From assembly GCA_973895155.1 (NCBI GenBank), contig OZ316896.1, positions 11,856,830 to 11,920,829 on the forward strand: a stretch of 64,000 nucleotides of DNA, given 5' to 3'. Below the pieces are notes generated by a model. It searched no databases. It had not been told where the DNA came from and saw only the letters and a program-made list of their open reading frames with translations. This DNA is from Marsupella aquatica (Eukaryota > Plantae > Marchantiophyta). The stretch's first letter is position 1. The number at the start of each line of letters is the position of its first letter. This document shows, in pieces, positions 1 through 13,512 of this stretch. The position numbers and the translations under genes were made by a program.

Positions 1-109
1 ACCTGCTCGATCGTAGGACTGGCGGGCTGGTTGGCTCTTTTGTTGCCGGCCTCTATTTTGCAACTTCCTCTGGTGCCCTTACCTGTAGGGGAAGTATTGG
101 GGCAAAGAT

Positions 110-909
110 CTAACTTCGAGCATACCGACACAATAGTGGCATGTGATAGCAAAGCCGGGATACGCTTCCCATGCCGATCACCTGCTGCTCCTCCTTCAAG
201 ATCTTCTTTAGTTGGTTGAGGAGGTACCTGTTGTAGTCCCGGCTTGGGTCTGGCCTCTCTGCCAGGTAGACTTGTGCCTTGCCGATCTCTGCCCTTGGCA
301 AGTTGCAATGCATGGTCACCCGCAAGAAATCGATCATTTCTCCGATGTGCGGGTTGGTGCAGGTGTTCCGAAAGAAGCCATTCTTCGTCGATGGCCCTGG
401 GAATGATTGGAACTCCTTGTCAGGCAAGGTCTTCCTGGTATCTACTTTGGTCTTATTGCCCATCGGCAAGCCAAACGCTTCGGCAATCACCTGGGGAGTG
501 AGATAGTAATCCTTCCCATACACCCTCGTGGAATTGATCTCGGGCTCCCATGACCCCATGAATTCTAATAAGTCTAAATCCGGCACCTCCGGCTTCAGCC
601 ATGGTAATTTCACGAAGGCTTCCAAGCCGGATCCAGCCATGAAGCCCTGGTACTTCTTGGTCTGCATGGCCGTAAAGCATGCATCCTCCTCTCGTGCAAA
701 ATGTAGTTGCACTTCCTCTGATAGGGTTGCCGCCCAGCCTTTCCAGGTGTCATCCTTTGTTGGAATGGCATTGATGGGATCGACCTCCTCCTCTTTGGCT
801 TCTCCTTGCCTCCTGCTCTGCTGGCTTCCTTGGTGCCGCCGACCTTGTTCTTTTTGCCGGGGTGGCCTCTTCGTTGTTGTTTCCTTTCCACTTCATCGCG
901 GTTGCCATG
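110..909 (-). pseudogene. Frameshifted retrotransposon-type accessory ORF fragment (plant transposon protein-like)
   Basis: ORF 110-712 (GLEAFVKLPW..LLEFMGSW..STRVYGKDYYLTPQVIAEAFGLP) has the 'V.G....lt...I...lGLP' pattern of plant LTR-retrotransposon accessory proteins. The frame extends upstream (AKEEEVDPINAIP). A basic N-terminus (MATAMKWKG..PAKRTRS) lies in another frame, implying a frameshift near 800. The segment is GC-rich and ends abruptly near 1045. Confidence 0.5.
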
Positions 910-1144
910 GATGTTTCTCCTAGCACGGTTGCCTTTGTCCACCCCTCCGTGCTACCCTTCAACTCCCAGTGTACGTCGTTGCATCAGTTGATGGCTTCCC
1001 GAATGCTGACGATTCTGTTTTCACAAAACAGAAGGTCGTCGAGCTGATTGGCAAAGACTATTGATAAGGGTGTACAAAGACTATTGAGTATGACTCTAAG
1101 TTGTATTTGACTACAGTTGCAGGGACACTTACAAACAATTAAGG

Positions 1145-3545
1145 ATGGAGTTTGTTGATTGGCAACTCTTTCAAGTTGATTGTCATGGAGAAGAGAAAGA
1201 GTTCATCTCTCCTATATCTTTGAAGGATGGTCCTACAGTTGGGCAATTGAGTAGCATCCGACAATATCTTGAAGGCATCAACCTTTTAGATTTTGAGTTT
1301 GATTTTTGGAATGAGAAATTGAAGAGACCTTTCAATCAAAAGTGGGAGAAAGCAAACATACTACTGGTTTAGAGATCATCATTTTTGCACTTCAACATAC
1401 AGAGAACTCCCCAAAGAGAGCTCGACTAGAATCTCAACCAAATTCTAGTGGACCTTCAATGGAAGACTTGTTCTTAGAGGTACCAATGCAGATGGATGAT
1501 GATTTACAAGATTATGGGATTGAAGATACTTTTGGAGATGACAATGCCTCTACTCCTATAACAAATCCAGTGATAGTTAAGGTCCCAACTACTCGCGATC
1601 GCACTATTCCTCCAGAGTTGGGAGGTCCTCCAAGGATGAGAAGTAAGATCATGATGGATGATCAAAAAGCCAATTGGGAGAGGGCAACTCGTGGGATTGT
1701 TGACAAGCTTGAGATAGATGGAAAGGGTGACCATCTCTGGTGGGTTGAAACATGGGATGAGGAAGACCATGCAATTGCAAAGATATGGTGCCAAGAATGT
1801 GAAAAATGGATTGGCACAGGGAAGGTTGATCAGTACTCTAACACTGCATCAAATTTTTGGAAGCAACATATTGCAACCAAGTTACATCGGGCCGAGTATG
1901 ACGCAAATGCAGACAAAAGAAGAGTGCCCAAGAGGTAGAAGAGAGAGCTGATGTTGTGGCTTTGGCAATTGCCCATTCAAGAAAAATTTTGTTGGATAAT
2001 GTGAAGTTGATACAAGATGCAAATCTTGAGGAAGGGGTTGAGGTTTTTGTCATTGATGGTGATTTGGAGAATGAGAAGGTGTCTGGGCGAGACTATAAGT
2101 GGAGGTGCAACATTTGTCATTCAACATGCTTGCTTTGTCCAAAGACAAATAATCTTGCTTCCACATTGGACCAGCATATGAAGGGGATTCGTCATGTCAA
2201 AAGAAAGAAAGAAATTCATGATGCCAAAATTGCCAAGACTTCACTCAACTCCAAAGCTCTAGGGCGCCTTGGTTGGCAATCAAAAGCAATAGGCCGGAAG
2301 CAACCAGGAATCAAAGCCTTTTTTATGATTATGATGGATTCCAGTAGACCAAGTGGTGGGAGCTCAAGCACAGGTACTATCGATGCATCAATGTTGTGTT
2401 GGGGTATTTGGCGCCAGAGTGTCATTATAAAGAATGAAGGATGTGACTCTAAACCCATTTTGCTAGACCAGAAGAAAGGGGTTACATGGTATTCAGAATC
2501 ACATACTCAAGCAATGCTTCATTTTGAATCAAGCACAAAGATGGTTGATGATTGTTTTAGACATGTCAATTGCAAGCGTGTGAACACAAGTGGATTCAGC
2601 TTCTCAGACTTCACTTGTGATGTGTGTCAAACTATACCTCAGAAAAAAGATTGGCGCGGCCAAGTTTTGAGAAACCATGTGGCTCATGAGAAATGTGGTG
2701 GCCGAGACACAGGGCTAGGTAGGCGGTTGGAGTTCTTGACAATAGTGGAGTTATCAAATGTAGTGAAAGAAAAAAATAGAGTTTATAGAAATCTTAGAAA
2801 AGAGAATTGGATGCTGAAAGTAAAATTGATGAGGTGCATGGCAGAGAAAAAGAGTTTTGTATGGATACAAACAGAATCAGCAAATCGGGCGGATGTGACA
2901 TTGTTTTGTCGATGCATTATCAATTCATGGAGGGATGGCTTATGGGGAGGGAAGGAGGCTTTGTGGGACTTTATGTCTGATGTTGCACAAAATCTACCTT
3001 GAAAAAAGCAAGGCATATGTTTTTCAGGAAATACCAAAATTATGTGGGAGGTGGTGAAGTTAAGGGCTGGGCCAGCCATTTCCAATTTCTTGACTCATAA
3101 CCTTGCTGGCCCAAGTATTTCCACAACCAAACATGATAGTAAGAGGGGGTTCCAGTATGTAGCTGGCGAGAGTAGTAATCAATTTAAACATCTTGCTGAG
3201 AGGTATGCACAACTAAAACTGAAGTTGGGGATCCATGGACCAATTCTCGTTATTATTGCAGAAGATGAGACATCAATTTGGAAAATGATAAGGTAAGCAA
3301 TCATGACATTACAGCTTAATATTTACATTGGCATGACACTTTCCTCCATTTTCCAATTGTATTGCAAGATTATAAATCATTGATTGGAATATTGTGGTAC
3401 TTTATGGAGGTGGGTCAGCACCAATGACACTTTAATGGGATTTTGTGGCACATCATAATGTCATAAATGTATTCATGATTTTAAAATACTGGTCGGTTCT
3501 GGTGAGACAGGATATAACAAAATAAATGATTCATTTAAAAATCAG
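1145..3545 (+). pseudogene. Degraded zinc-finger DDE DNA transposase, P-element-superfamily-like, 3'-truncated
   Basis: Co-linear ORFs 1145-1372, 1342-1938, 1956-3002 and 3042-3292 are joined by frameshifts and one in-frame TGA (3000-3002). There are two C2H2-like fingers (WCQEC..QHIATKLH; RCNIC..QHMKGIRH). Splicing a GT-AG intron at 3293-3409 gives VIIAEDETSIWKMIRWVSTNDTLMGFCG..HKC, resembling the 'hhhDE..h.....y....D.h.GF' first catalytic Asp motif of P-type transposases. Confidence 0.65.
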
Positions 3546-4092
3546 CTTAGTAAAATAGTGCAACTTTGCTTTTAAAACCCAAGTACGTACTGCAAAGCTC
3601 TTATTTCACTGGTTTGTCAGAAGTATGCGGCTTGAGTCGGCCATAACTTTTGACCCCTGGGTCCGTTGGCCAAGGAATATGCGGCCCCATGATCGGGCTC
3701 ATGTGGGGCTTCTTGGGCCCCTATGATGATCCGTTGGAAAAATAGTTCATTTTTCCTTGATCGGCAATGGGCCCAATAGAGTTAAATTGGAGCGCGCTTT
3801 TCTCTAGTCTTGTCCTTGCTCTTACTAGTCTCCTTTTTGTTAGTCGCATCCCTAATGGCCATGATGGTAGCAAATCTAAGAGGGGCTCAACGCTGGAGTT
3901 AGGCAACGCCGGAGCAATTACGAGTAGGTGAAAGTTATATTGGCGACTACGACAAGTAGTGTGGATAATCATAATGACAATGATGACATGTATAATGAGG
4001 GAGATGATGAGTACATGCTCATTTACTAAGTTGCTTTTATAATCCACAACAATCAAGCCTTCTTTAATTCTTATGAATTAGAGACATTAGGC

Positions 4093-4985
4093 ATGATGTA
4101 TACAGATCCAAACACGGATGTGAAGGATGTTTTACAATCAATGAAGAATTTACCAAAATGGTTCAAGGAGCTGACGAACTTCACTATTTCAGAGTGGATC
4201 TATCTATATTTGTGTGTACTAGCTCTAATCGCAGGCCATGCTAGGTCAAGTGGGGGAAGGTCCATAAAGGCATGGGCTGTCAAAATAAGTTCACACCTAA
4301 ATAACATCTCCTCAACTTTGTGAACTTGTATATGAAACATGATAATATTGTCGTTCATGATTCTTTCCAATGAAATTGGTCATGAAGTTCCTTGTGTGAT
4401 GATGTTTACTTTGCTAGATCATGTCTTAATGTGGCTCTTGATGATGAGATACGTTTGCCAATGCAGGAGCAACTAAAATTGGTAGCTCACAACCTGGATT
4501 GGCCCGAGCACATTGACATAAATAATGAGAATCATAGTGAATGATTCCAAGGATGCAAGAAAATATATTGCCTGAATAACACAATAGTTGTGGACCACAA
4601 TGGGCTTTTCATTTACCTTGATTCTGGCTATCCGGGATCCTTTCATGATTTTGAGACATTCAGATTTTTTCCAAAATTGGCAAAATTACTTTTTGCACAC
4701 AGATGAATACCATGAATATATGTTGGCGGATCCTGGGTACATTGGTGTTGATTCATTTATAATGAGAAGGTTTGGTCTAAGAGAGGATGTTCTTAGCATG
4801 AATGCATCTACTATGCGAACTTGGAACAAAATGCACTCAGGTTATAGAATCAAAGTCAAGTGGAGAATTGGAGGTTTGAAACAAAAATGACAATGATTGA
4901 TAAAAGGATACGACTTGTAAAAGTACAAGTTCAAGGAGCTCTTCCAAGCTGATGCATTACTAAGCAATTTTCTACTGATAAAATG
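4093..4985 (+). pseudogene. PIF/Harbinger transposase (HARBI1-like DDE nuclease) relic
   Basis: The motifs VVDHNGLFIYLDSGYPGSFHD (from 4587), ILRHS, YMLADPGY and WNKMHSGYRIKVKWRIGGLKQK match Harbinger DDE signatures (PGS.HD, LADxGY, N..HS..R..VE..IG.LK). Multiple frameshifts and stops. Confidence 0.8.
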
Positions 4986-5399
4986 CAATAACTTTAGCAA
5001 AGTGATAGAAGGTGAATAAATTACTAACAACTATGGGGCAAGGTGAGCTAGCGATTACAAAAGGGAATTTGAGGCACACAAAAGACCAACTTCATAGAAA
5101 CAAAAAATAATATATACTAGTTGCAGATTCTGCATCTCAAAGCAAGCATTGTTGTCTCTCTTGCTCCAGATCTATGTCGACAACATACAATTCCAGATAC
5201 TGAATTGTCCTTTATCTACTTTGAACAATGATGGAGGCACTTGGAAATTCCCTGGTCATGGGCATCATTTATTTTTTAAATGACAAAGCATTGTTACACA
5301 GTGTAGTCAATAGTATATAATCTACATTCTAAAAAATTGTGGCATTCTTTTGAACTGCAATTAACTATGATCTCATGCAAACTAGCCTAGGCAGATTCT

Positions 5400-6900
5400 A
5401 GTTTAAGGATTATAAGTACTTGTGCTTTGAATGCATCCTTAGTGATACACCCAAGGTCCCTAGCTCTCTTCAAGTTTGTGATCTGAAATTTCTCTTGTAA
5501 TAGTGATTCTGTGACCAGCTTTGCATCCACTAGTAATTCTTTTTTTCCTTCCCTCCTTTATTTTGCCAGCCATGGAAGCTAGAGAAGTATCCTGTGAGTT
5601 GAGGCTCATTGCTTTTGTGGTCTTCCCCTTTACTATTGTTGAAGGGGTAGAGGTGTGCTCCCTATTTCTTGCAAGAGTCTATAGACTCATTGGGTTCACA
5701 CATTTTGTATCACCAAAACCAATTGGAGTAACCAAGAGAGACACAACATTCATCTGAGTGTTCACCTTCATCAAAATTTTCCTAGTTCCTAGCAGATTCT
5801 TTGATGCATGTTGATCAGTCTTCATGATTTTTTTCAAGACAACAACACTCTGCATTCAAACCTTCTCACTTAATATACCATCATTGGAAGTGTTAGTTTG
5901 TATATCCTTGAGAGTATCTGAAAGATGATCCTTCAATGATTCTGGTGCAAATTTAGAATGTGGATATTCAGCTTTGTAAAAAACATACAAATTAGTCCAC
6001 ACTTTGCCTAGGATAAGTTGACTGATCTTCCTTTCTTTCTGAGCAATCTTGGTGCTATAGATCTCAAAGTATACATTGTAAGCTGCACCTAAGTATGCTA
6101 GGTGATCAAACTAAATTAATTGTCTCTCATTTTTTCCCACTTGAAGCCTTTTCCTTGCCCTTGTTAATTTTTGAGTTATCGCATTTTGGATGTGGCTTGG
6201 CAATTTAGATCTACTATAAATTGACACTTTTAGTCGCACAAGAAGTACCATTTTCTCAACATCAGAATCATAGGGTAGTACATCTTCATGTACATGGGAA
6301 TGATTTGCTTCATCTATCTTAGTGTCAATCTTATTAGATGTTGATTGGGACTCATTATTTGCACACAAGAAACAAGAAACAAACAACTATTCAAGTATGA
6401 AAAACATAATTTGTTCATATGTCAAAAGTCACACTTGTACAAGAAGCCTCACAACAACAATAACACACTCTAATAAGAAAACCATGAGGAAATTAATTCT
6501 TACTTACACATTGGTTCATAAACATCCAATTCTCAATTTCTTGACAATCATCACTTGTCCTAGCCATTTTCAGGTAATTAGGTCTACAGAGCACATAAGT
6601 ATTAGTGAATTATAACTAAATCTAAACTCCCATAGAGCTAAATTACTCATAGACTAGACAGACTGAACATAGAGTATAAGTTAATTCCAAAAATAATATG
6701 GTTCCATATCATGCATTATTGCAATCCATTTATAATTTTAGATAAAGATATGGCTTCATGGCTTCAATTTAGATTCACATATGGTTGCATAACTCAGCTC
6801 ATTCAAGCACATTTCTAAAAGAGAAAGTATGCACTAGAGAATTGAATTGGAACCAAAACTTATAATTCCAAGGACCAAAGAAACTACAAGAAAATTTTTC
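5400..6900 (-). pseudogene. Possible decayed second ORF of the Harbinger element (DNA-binding partner)
   Basis: Fragmented, Lys/Glu-rich coding-like sequence on the opposite strand next to the Harbinger nuclease (e.g. ORF 6111-6386). This arrangement is typical of Harbinger elements, but no clear Myb/SANT motif was read. Confidence 0.25.
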
Positions 6901-7771
6901 ATAACAAAGCAGCTCCCACTTGTCTATGTAAGGTCAATTTTCTCTTAGATTTTTGTTGTTACTTTTGTCAATGAGCACTAGAAGCTCTCCCAAATGACAC
7001 CTAAGTCCTCAAACAGATCTGGAATTGGAATCTAGAATTTGAAGTTGAGTAATTGAAGGAAAGCAACTCACAACTATGGAGGGAAGGCAAAATCTTAGGA
7101 TCTGGAGTTGAGTAATTGGAGGCAGTAGCTTGTAGCAGCATCAAAGCAAGGCAACACAATCGGGAGCACAACAAGTTGCAACAAGACAACAATGCAGACT
7201 TAGCACAGCAAGGCAACAATCGAGATTGAAATTGAGACGAGATCAAGATTGTCGCGAAGCAAGGTAGTGATTGAGAGAAAATGTTTGGATTCAACCACTT
7301 GCAACAATGGAAGGCCAGATAGCAATGAAAACAAAATTGGCAATGAGGCAATAATGTTGACAAATTGAATTGGGCATGGGGTAACATAGGAGGAAATAGT
7401 TCGGGCTGGGGTAGAGTGAAGAACGACATTGGACCTAGGCCTAACTCGCGGTGAGAAAGACCAAACACTATAGTTGGGGAGACATAAAATGTGTTTCACC
7501 CCATTTCTCGCCCCTGAGTACCTAAATTGATGACTTAAACTAACTCACCGAGTAATTTGCAATAAAGTTGGGATCAATCACCTGTAATAATAGACTTTTC
7601 AGATAACTTTACTATCTACCATTATACGATATTAAAAAAGTATTGAGATACCTCCAAGGCACTATTGGCATGAGACCATTTTCCCTAATAACACTAACCA
7701 AACCCTAACAAATTATGCAAATGTTGGATACCTCTCGGATCCAAATGACACCAAATCATAAACCATTTATA

Positions 7772-7990
7772 AATTGCATATGTTGAGAGCGGGTATCAAA
7801 AGGATTTATCAAAGGAGATCATAAACACATAGTTTCAAAGTTCTTTTTTAGTCATGAGCAACAAGGAGACACCATCCAAGTCAAGGCCATTGCTGACAAA
7901 GATAACCATGCCAATTTATTTACCAATCCGTTGACTCTAGTAGTACATCAAGTTTGTTATCATGTCATAGGCCTTAGAAGACTATCTAAA
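7772..7990 (+). mobile_element. Ty1/Copia polyprotein C-terminal RNase H fragment
   Basis: Translates with frameshifts to GFIKGDHKHIVSKFFFSHEQQGDTIQVKAIADKDNHANLFTNPL...IGLRRL, matching the Copia 'GYIKGD.TKHI.PKFF..H....I.V..I...DN.ADLFTK.L....IG.RRL' end of pol. Confidence 0.8.
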
Positions 7991-10900
7991 ATCATTGATC
8001 AATAATAATACATGATGCTTATAATTTATATTCCAATGTTCATACATGAAAGAGGTGGTGGTACCCTGTGGTGGGTAAATACTAACCCATATATGGAATG
8101 GGGGGCAGGCTGAAAAATAATTTTGTTTGGGGGATAATGTATCAAATTCAGCAACTTAGGAGGACAGGGTACTAGTAAAAGTAAAAAGCTGTATACAATA
8201 AATGAGTGATAAAACCTTAAATGGAAATAGGCTGGTAAGTTATGATCAAACATTTTTGCAGAACTGCACTTTTGATCTAGTTACTTGGCCAGAAAGATGA
8301 AGCGCTTGAGACTTGTAGACCTTCACTAGCATTTATTGTGGATACTTTCTTAGCAACATACTTGATTGTGATTAACTTCTCAAAGTTAATTATTGCGAGT
8401 TCAGGGGCAGTGTGGTTTGCAAGGGATGAGGTGATGGTGTATTTCTTGTGTAGTTGAATTCTACAACTAGAAATGTGTCATTTTCCATGTGCAGACAAAT
8501 GTTGAGTTGCTAAAATTGGTGAATAGATGAAGCAGTCCTTTAGCCTTGTAAAGGTCCGACAAAAGTTAAATTGTATAATCTGGTCAGCAATAAGTTACCT
8601 AAAGGATCGAATAAACACAACAATTTTTGTGGTTTTCTGAGTTAGGGTGGGGTTATTCTTATCCTCTCACCTCGAATCAATGCACCTCAAATAAGCACGG
8701 TTTTCTGAGGTTTCGGTAGGTTACTACAAAGTTCACTATCCTTACCCTTAGGCGCCCGTCGATGAGTTTTTACTGATTTTGTCTTGTGATGGATTTACCT
8801 TTACCACCCTTGGTCTCGTGCCTGCATGCCCCTACCACACTCTCGCACTACAATTTTCTATGGATAATCAGTGGGCAATGCTTGTTTCAGCACTTATCAT
8901 GGCAGGAGGTCTAGTATTGACAGACCTAGTGTATGGAAATGTGCATGGGAATGTACTTGATAATGCTATGACCAATGCACCAAAAGTTTTAGTCAAAGAA
9001 TTTATGTCGTGCATCGAGATAGGGGATCACGTGCAAAAAAAATATCCTAAAAAAAGAACGAGAATGAAAGGAGAGAGAGCAAGTCAACCAAGCTGTACAT
9101 GCCTCTTCAAATGTTGTTTGGCCATCAATTCATTTTATTTTTCCGTTACTAAATATAATAAGAAATGCAAAAACTTATTTGTCATTGGTATATTTTTCCC
9201 AAACTCGACTTCATTGGAAAAAAAATATCAATGGAATTTAGCCATGTGGGACCCACCATTTAACTCCTTATTAGCTCAAAATTATTTTCATAATATCATT
9301 TTTCACTTATCAATCCATAAAATGCAAAAGTTGCATGGTTATATTTTTTTTTCTCTTCTTTTGCACAAACCAAACATGAGGATTTCTCCCTTAGAAAGAA
9401 AACCTCATGACAATGTCTATAAAGATGAGATTCACAAATTCCATATTTTTATGTGATGATCTTGTTGCATGACTTATTGAGTTTAAGATGAGAGAATTGA
9501 AGAGTCATTTCTATTTCTAGATGATTATAACAATTAGGACAAAATGAGTCATCATGGGGTGAACAATATGAATCCTATTGGTAACGTAATATATAAATGT
9601 TTGATAAATAGACAGTTGCATACTTGGAAATGAATGATTGGTTATTGTCTTAAAAATTTAGGAGCTATCTTTTTGGAACAAATTTTTTTAACACTATGGA
9701 TGAAGAAGTGATTGCAGCTAAAGAGTTGCATTTCATTTATGACACAACAAATTTGAAATCTAGGATAACACTCTCAAATAAGAATGTGGCTAATCAAATG
9801 TATGTATGTCACAAATACAGATTATACACTGAAATTTTTGTATGCAACATTTGTTACAATATTAACAAAGATGATGAAATCCAAAATTTTCATGCGTGTT
9901 GCAAGTTGAATTATCCCATTAAATACTCTGGACCCTAGCATTTATATAGTGAAGGGGTATACATACGTACAACCCCTTACCACATACCCCTTATTATTTT
10001 TGGTCACCTATAAAAAAATTTCTTGTTAATCTTAAAAATTAATTTTAGAGAATTATATACCCTTTGCAAAAATTATAAATTAATAATTAGTCACATTTAT
10101 AAAGATCTTGAAATATTATAAATTTTTATACCTTAAAAAATAGGTATCTATATATAGATAGTGAGTGTTTAAAGAGAAACATACTTAAATTGACTAGAAG
10201 ACTCATTATATTTTAGCACATGTAAGAGTGTCTCACTATGCTTTAGCACATGTAAGCGTGCTTGTAGACCTACCAATTGTTTCAACTATAAAGACATATA
10301 TGTAAAAATGTTTGCACAATTATTTTCAAAGATTTTTATAAAAGCGCATACCTATCTCTTAGAAAACATTCAATGCTATTGCACACATGCATGTAGCAAA
10401 ACTACTATATCAACTAAGAGTGCACACATGTAAGTTGAATGCTTGCATAACTCATATGTTAACTAATAGAACCCAATACAAAATCTCCAACTTATATGCC
10501 CTCTTGTTGTCTTTCATCTTCAAGGGATCTTGGGTGAACACAATCAAAAAATTTATATCAGAAACAATGGTGATTTAGTTGTCCAAACTGAACTACTATT
10601 TGGAGTATGTAATCCTAATGAACATATATTCTACTATATCTAATATCAAACGGGATATCAAATCGTTCACAAAAATAAACAGAATATTAAGCACTTGCCT
10701 TTAAAAAAATCTTGTCTCACTGTATGGTTGAATTCTCAGAACATCAGAATTTGTATCTACTTTTTTGTTGTACCAATAACTTATGCACTTTAACAAAATC
10801 AAGGCCATTCTACACACATTCGCACCCACATTTAACATCAAGCCCTCAACCTAGATTAGACTGTGTGCAAATAATGACAACAATCGGGAGAAACATTTTA

Positions 10901-13179
10901 GGCAAAACTAACCTCAATCTCTGTCTTGATCTGCTGTTCAATTGCTTCCCAAAGATAACGCTATCTTCAACCTCGCCTCCAACAACAATAACCCAATCCG
11001 AGTGGCGACAACACATACCAAAGAAATGAAGCCCTAAAGGATCTCAAGGCTTAGGCTTCGTCCGACTCACAGAAAAATTGGGAGGAAAATGGGATCCCAG
11101 GCTCCCGCCTAGGCTTCCTCTGACTCATACAAGAATGACCGAGGTAATGAGATCCCAAGTTTTGTCCAACTCATGTCTAAGCTCCAATTCTTTCCCGAAT
11201 TGGCCCCCCAATGTGACACCGCCTATCCAAAAAATATTTCAAATGCTTTTCCTCCAACTTCCTCAATGCAAACCCAAAACCCTCCCAAAACTCTTGTACC
11301 CTAAACCCTTCGAATCCTTGGATTTTGGGGCCCAAAAAATGGTACACTATGCCCATAATGTCTCTAAATTTGGCCTAAACACATGTTCCAATGATATGAA
11401 GCCACATAGACCAATGATATTGTGACGCATGACACAATGTATTATGGTCCCCCTTGAAGCAAATTATTGTGTGCTGCATTTATTTTGGCTTTTCATAGTT
11501 ATAAAGGGTAGTTGTATAAAAATGCCTCTTGTTTCTTATAATCATATTATAAAAATTAATCTGGAATTGGATTTATCGCACCCTTCCACCGTTCACATGT
11601 CCGACCCATTATTAATAACGCTAGGGGCCCAAAGATTAAATGGGCAAGGAATGGATTATAATCTAAGGATGACTTTTCTATGTATCCTGTCAATATATGT
11701 AGAGCTAATGTTGAAGAAATATTTGTTAGAAAACCTTGGACTGTTAGTTCTGACATATATTATTTCGAGTCAACAAATGAGGATGTGCTTGAACCTAGCA
11801 CAATGATAGAGGGATCTTTTACAAAGAGCTCTCTCAAGAGGCCAAAGTTGGAACCAAAATCTGTTCGTTTTGATGATGTGTTTGTAGAGAGCAAGATTCC
11901 TGATAAAAGAGTAATTTTTGGTGATTCATTGGGTGAATTTGTATCATTGGCTAATAGATAACCATTTACTAACTATAATTACTTGAAGACTATAATTGAT
12001 GTATTAGTTATAGAGCATTCTCCAATGTGTAGAAAATGATATGAGAAGATGAGGTATGTAGACATAGTTGTGCTATTTGATGATGAAGAGATAGAGTCTC
12101 CACAAATATATGTTGATGTAGGGAAAGGTAAGGTAACTTTGTTAAGAAAGATCCTTTTCAAGGTCAAGACTGAGCCAAGATCCCCTTGAAGTTGATACAA
12201 TAAAGATAGTTGAAACTAAGTACCAAGTAAGTAATATAAGGAGTATCTATCTTCTTTCACTCAATGTTCATGACAAGGTATATTCCAAGGAAAAAAATAA
12301 AATTCTAAAGAATGTTCATGAGAGGGTATGTAGAGGAGAGTGAGAAAATAATACAAATTAATATATTCAATGTATAGACTTTGTGGTTTGTGGGAAGGGA
12401 ATGAGAAGTAAAGAAGAGAAAGGGCCGGGGGCAAGGGGAGTTATTTTGCTTGGAGAATTGTGTATACACTTTGGGGTTCAATTCCCCACCAATGTCCTTG
12501 GACTTGTTACTTTGATCTCATATTCATAAGAATCGTGTATAAATTTTTGGCTTCTTAAAACTCTGTTCAATTTTATGGATTCATAAGAAGTGTGTTTAAT
12601 TGTACATATATTGACAATTTTGCTAATTTCAGCTATTGCCATAGAATTTTTGCACTTCACATTCACTAGTTTGAAGCTGCTGTCTCAGAATTCTTTCCTA
12701 CATTGCTTATTGAGGGGAAAAATGCAAAATTTATTGTTTTCTAGTGGAATTTTTTTTTTAAAAATAAACAAGAATTACATGTTGTACTAGAGGGCTCCAA
12801 AAATCACTATAGAAGACAATTGTTTGAGAAGTGCCTTACTGTAAAAGCTGATCAAGAGTTTAATTTTTTCAAAAATAAACTAGAAAAAATGCAAACAAGC
12901 GTTCGTCATATAGCAATGTCAATTTTTTTTGACTAACTAATAAATTTTTCAGTAGGGGCTTACTTCTGAAATAGTATTGAGACTCCATGGACCACCTTAT
13001 TTAACCAATCACTTGTAAAGGGGATACCTTACTTTAGACTCTCCCTCATCCTGTATTAATTAGAGTTAATGTATCATACTTGTGATTAGGGTGAAAGCTT
13101 GGAAGGTATTTGTGTGTGGCTAAGATGCTTATTGTGGGCAGGGGATGAGAGTTATGATTATCTACTAGGCCTTTGGTTG

Positions 13180-13512
13180 CCCGGTTTAACCTGACGGGCA
13201 CCTTGACGCCTTACCCAACACGTCAAATTGTCAAATGACGACCCAAAAATGACCAATTTGACGGATATTCGATAAGATTCTCCCAAACTCACTCGAACCC
13301 AAACCCGAACCCCCCCGGACCGCCCCCGAATCTAAACCCAAACCCGGACCGCTCCCCGGACCCCCCCCCGGAGCGTCCCCGAACCGCCCCCGAACCCGAA
13401 CCACCCCCCCAAACACGAACCCACCGCCCCCCGCACTACTCCCGAGCCTGGGTGCTAGGTTGCCAATTTGCCGGCCATTTTCGCCCAATTTGACGGGCAA
13501 GGTCAAACCGGG
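13180..13512. mobile_element. 333-bp non-autonomous DNA transposon (MITE) with 13-bp TIRs and 8-bp TSD
   Basis: TIRs CCCGGTTTAACCT (13180-13192) and AGGTCAAACCGGG (13500-13512) have 1 mismatch. Perfect flanking duplication TTTGGTTG at 13172-13179 and 13513-13520. Repeated subterminal TGACG/CGTCA motifs and a C-rich core. Confidence 0.85.

Noticed and set aside
8779-9456. 225-aa ORF
   Set aside because: TTG start, no recognisable domain, AT-rich degenerate TE background.
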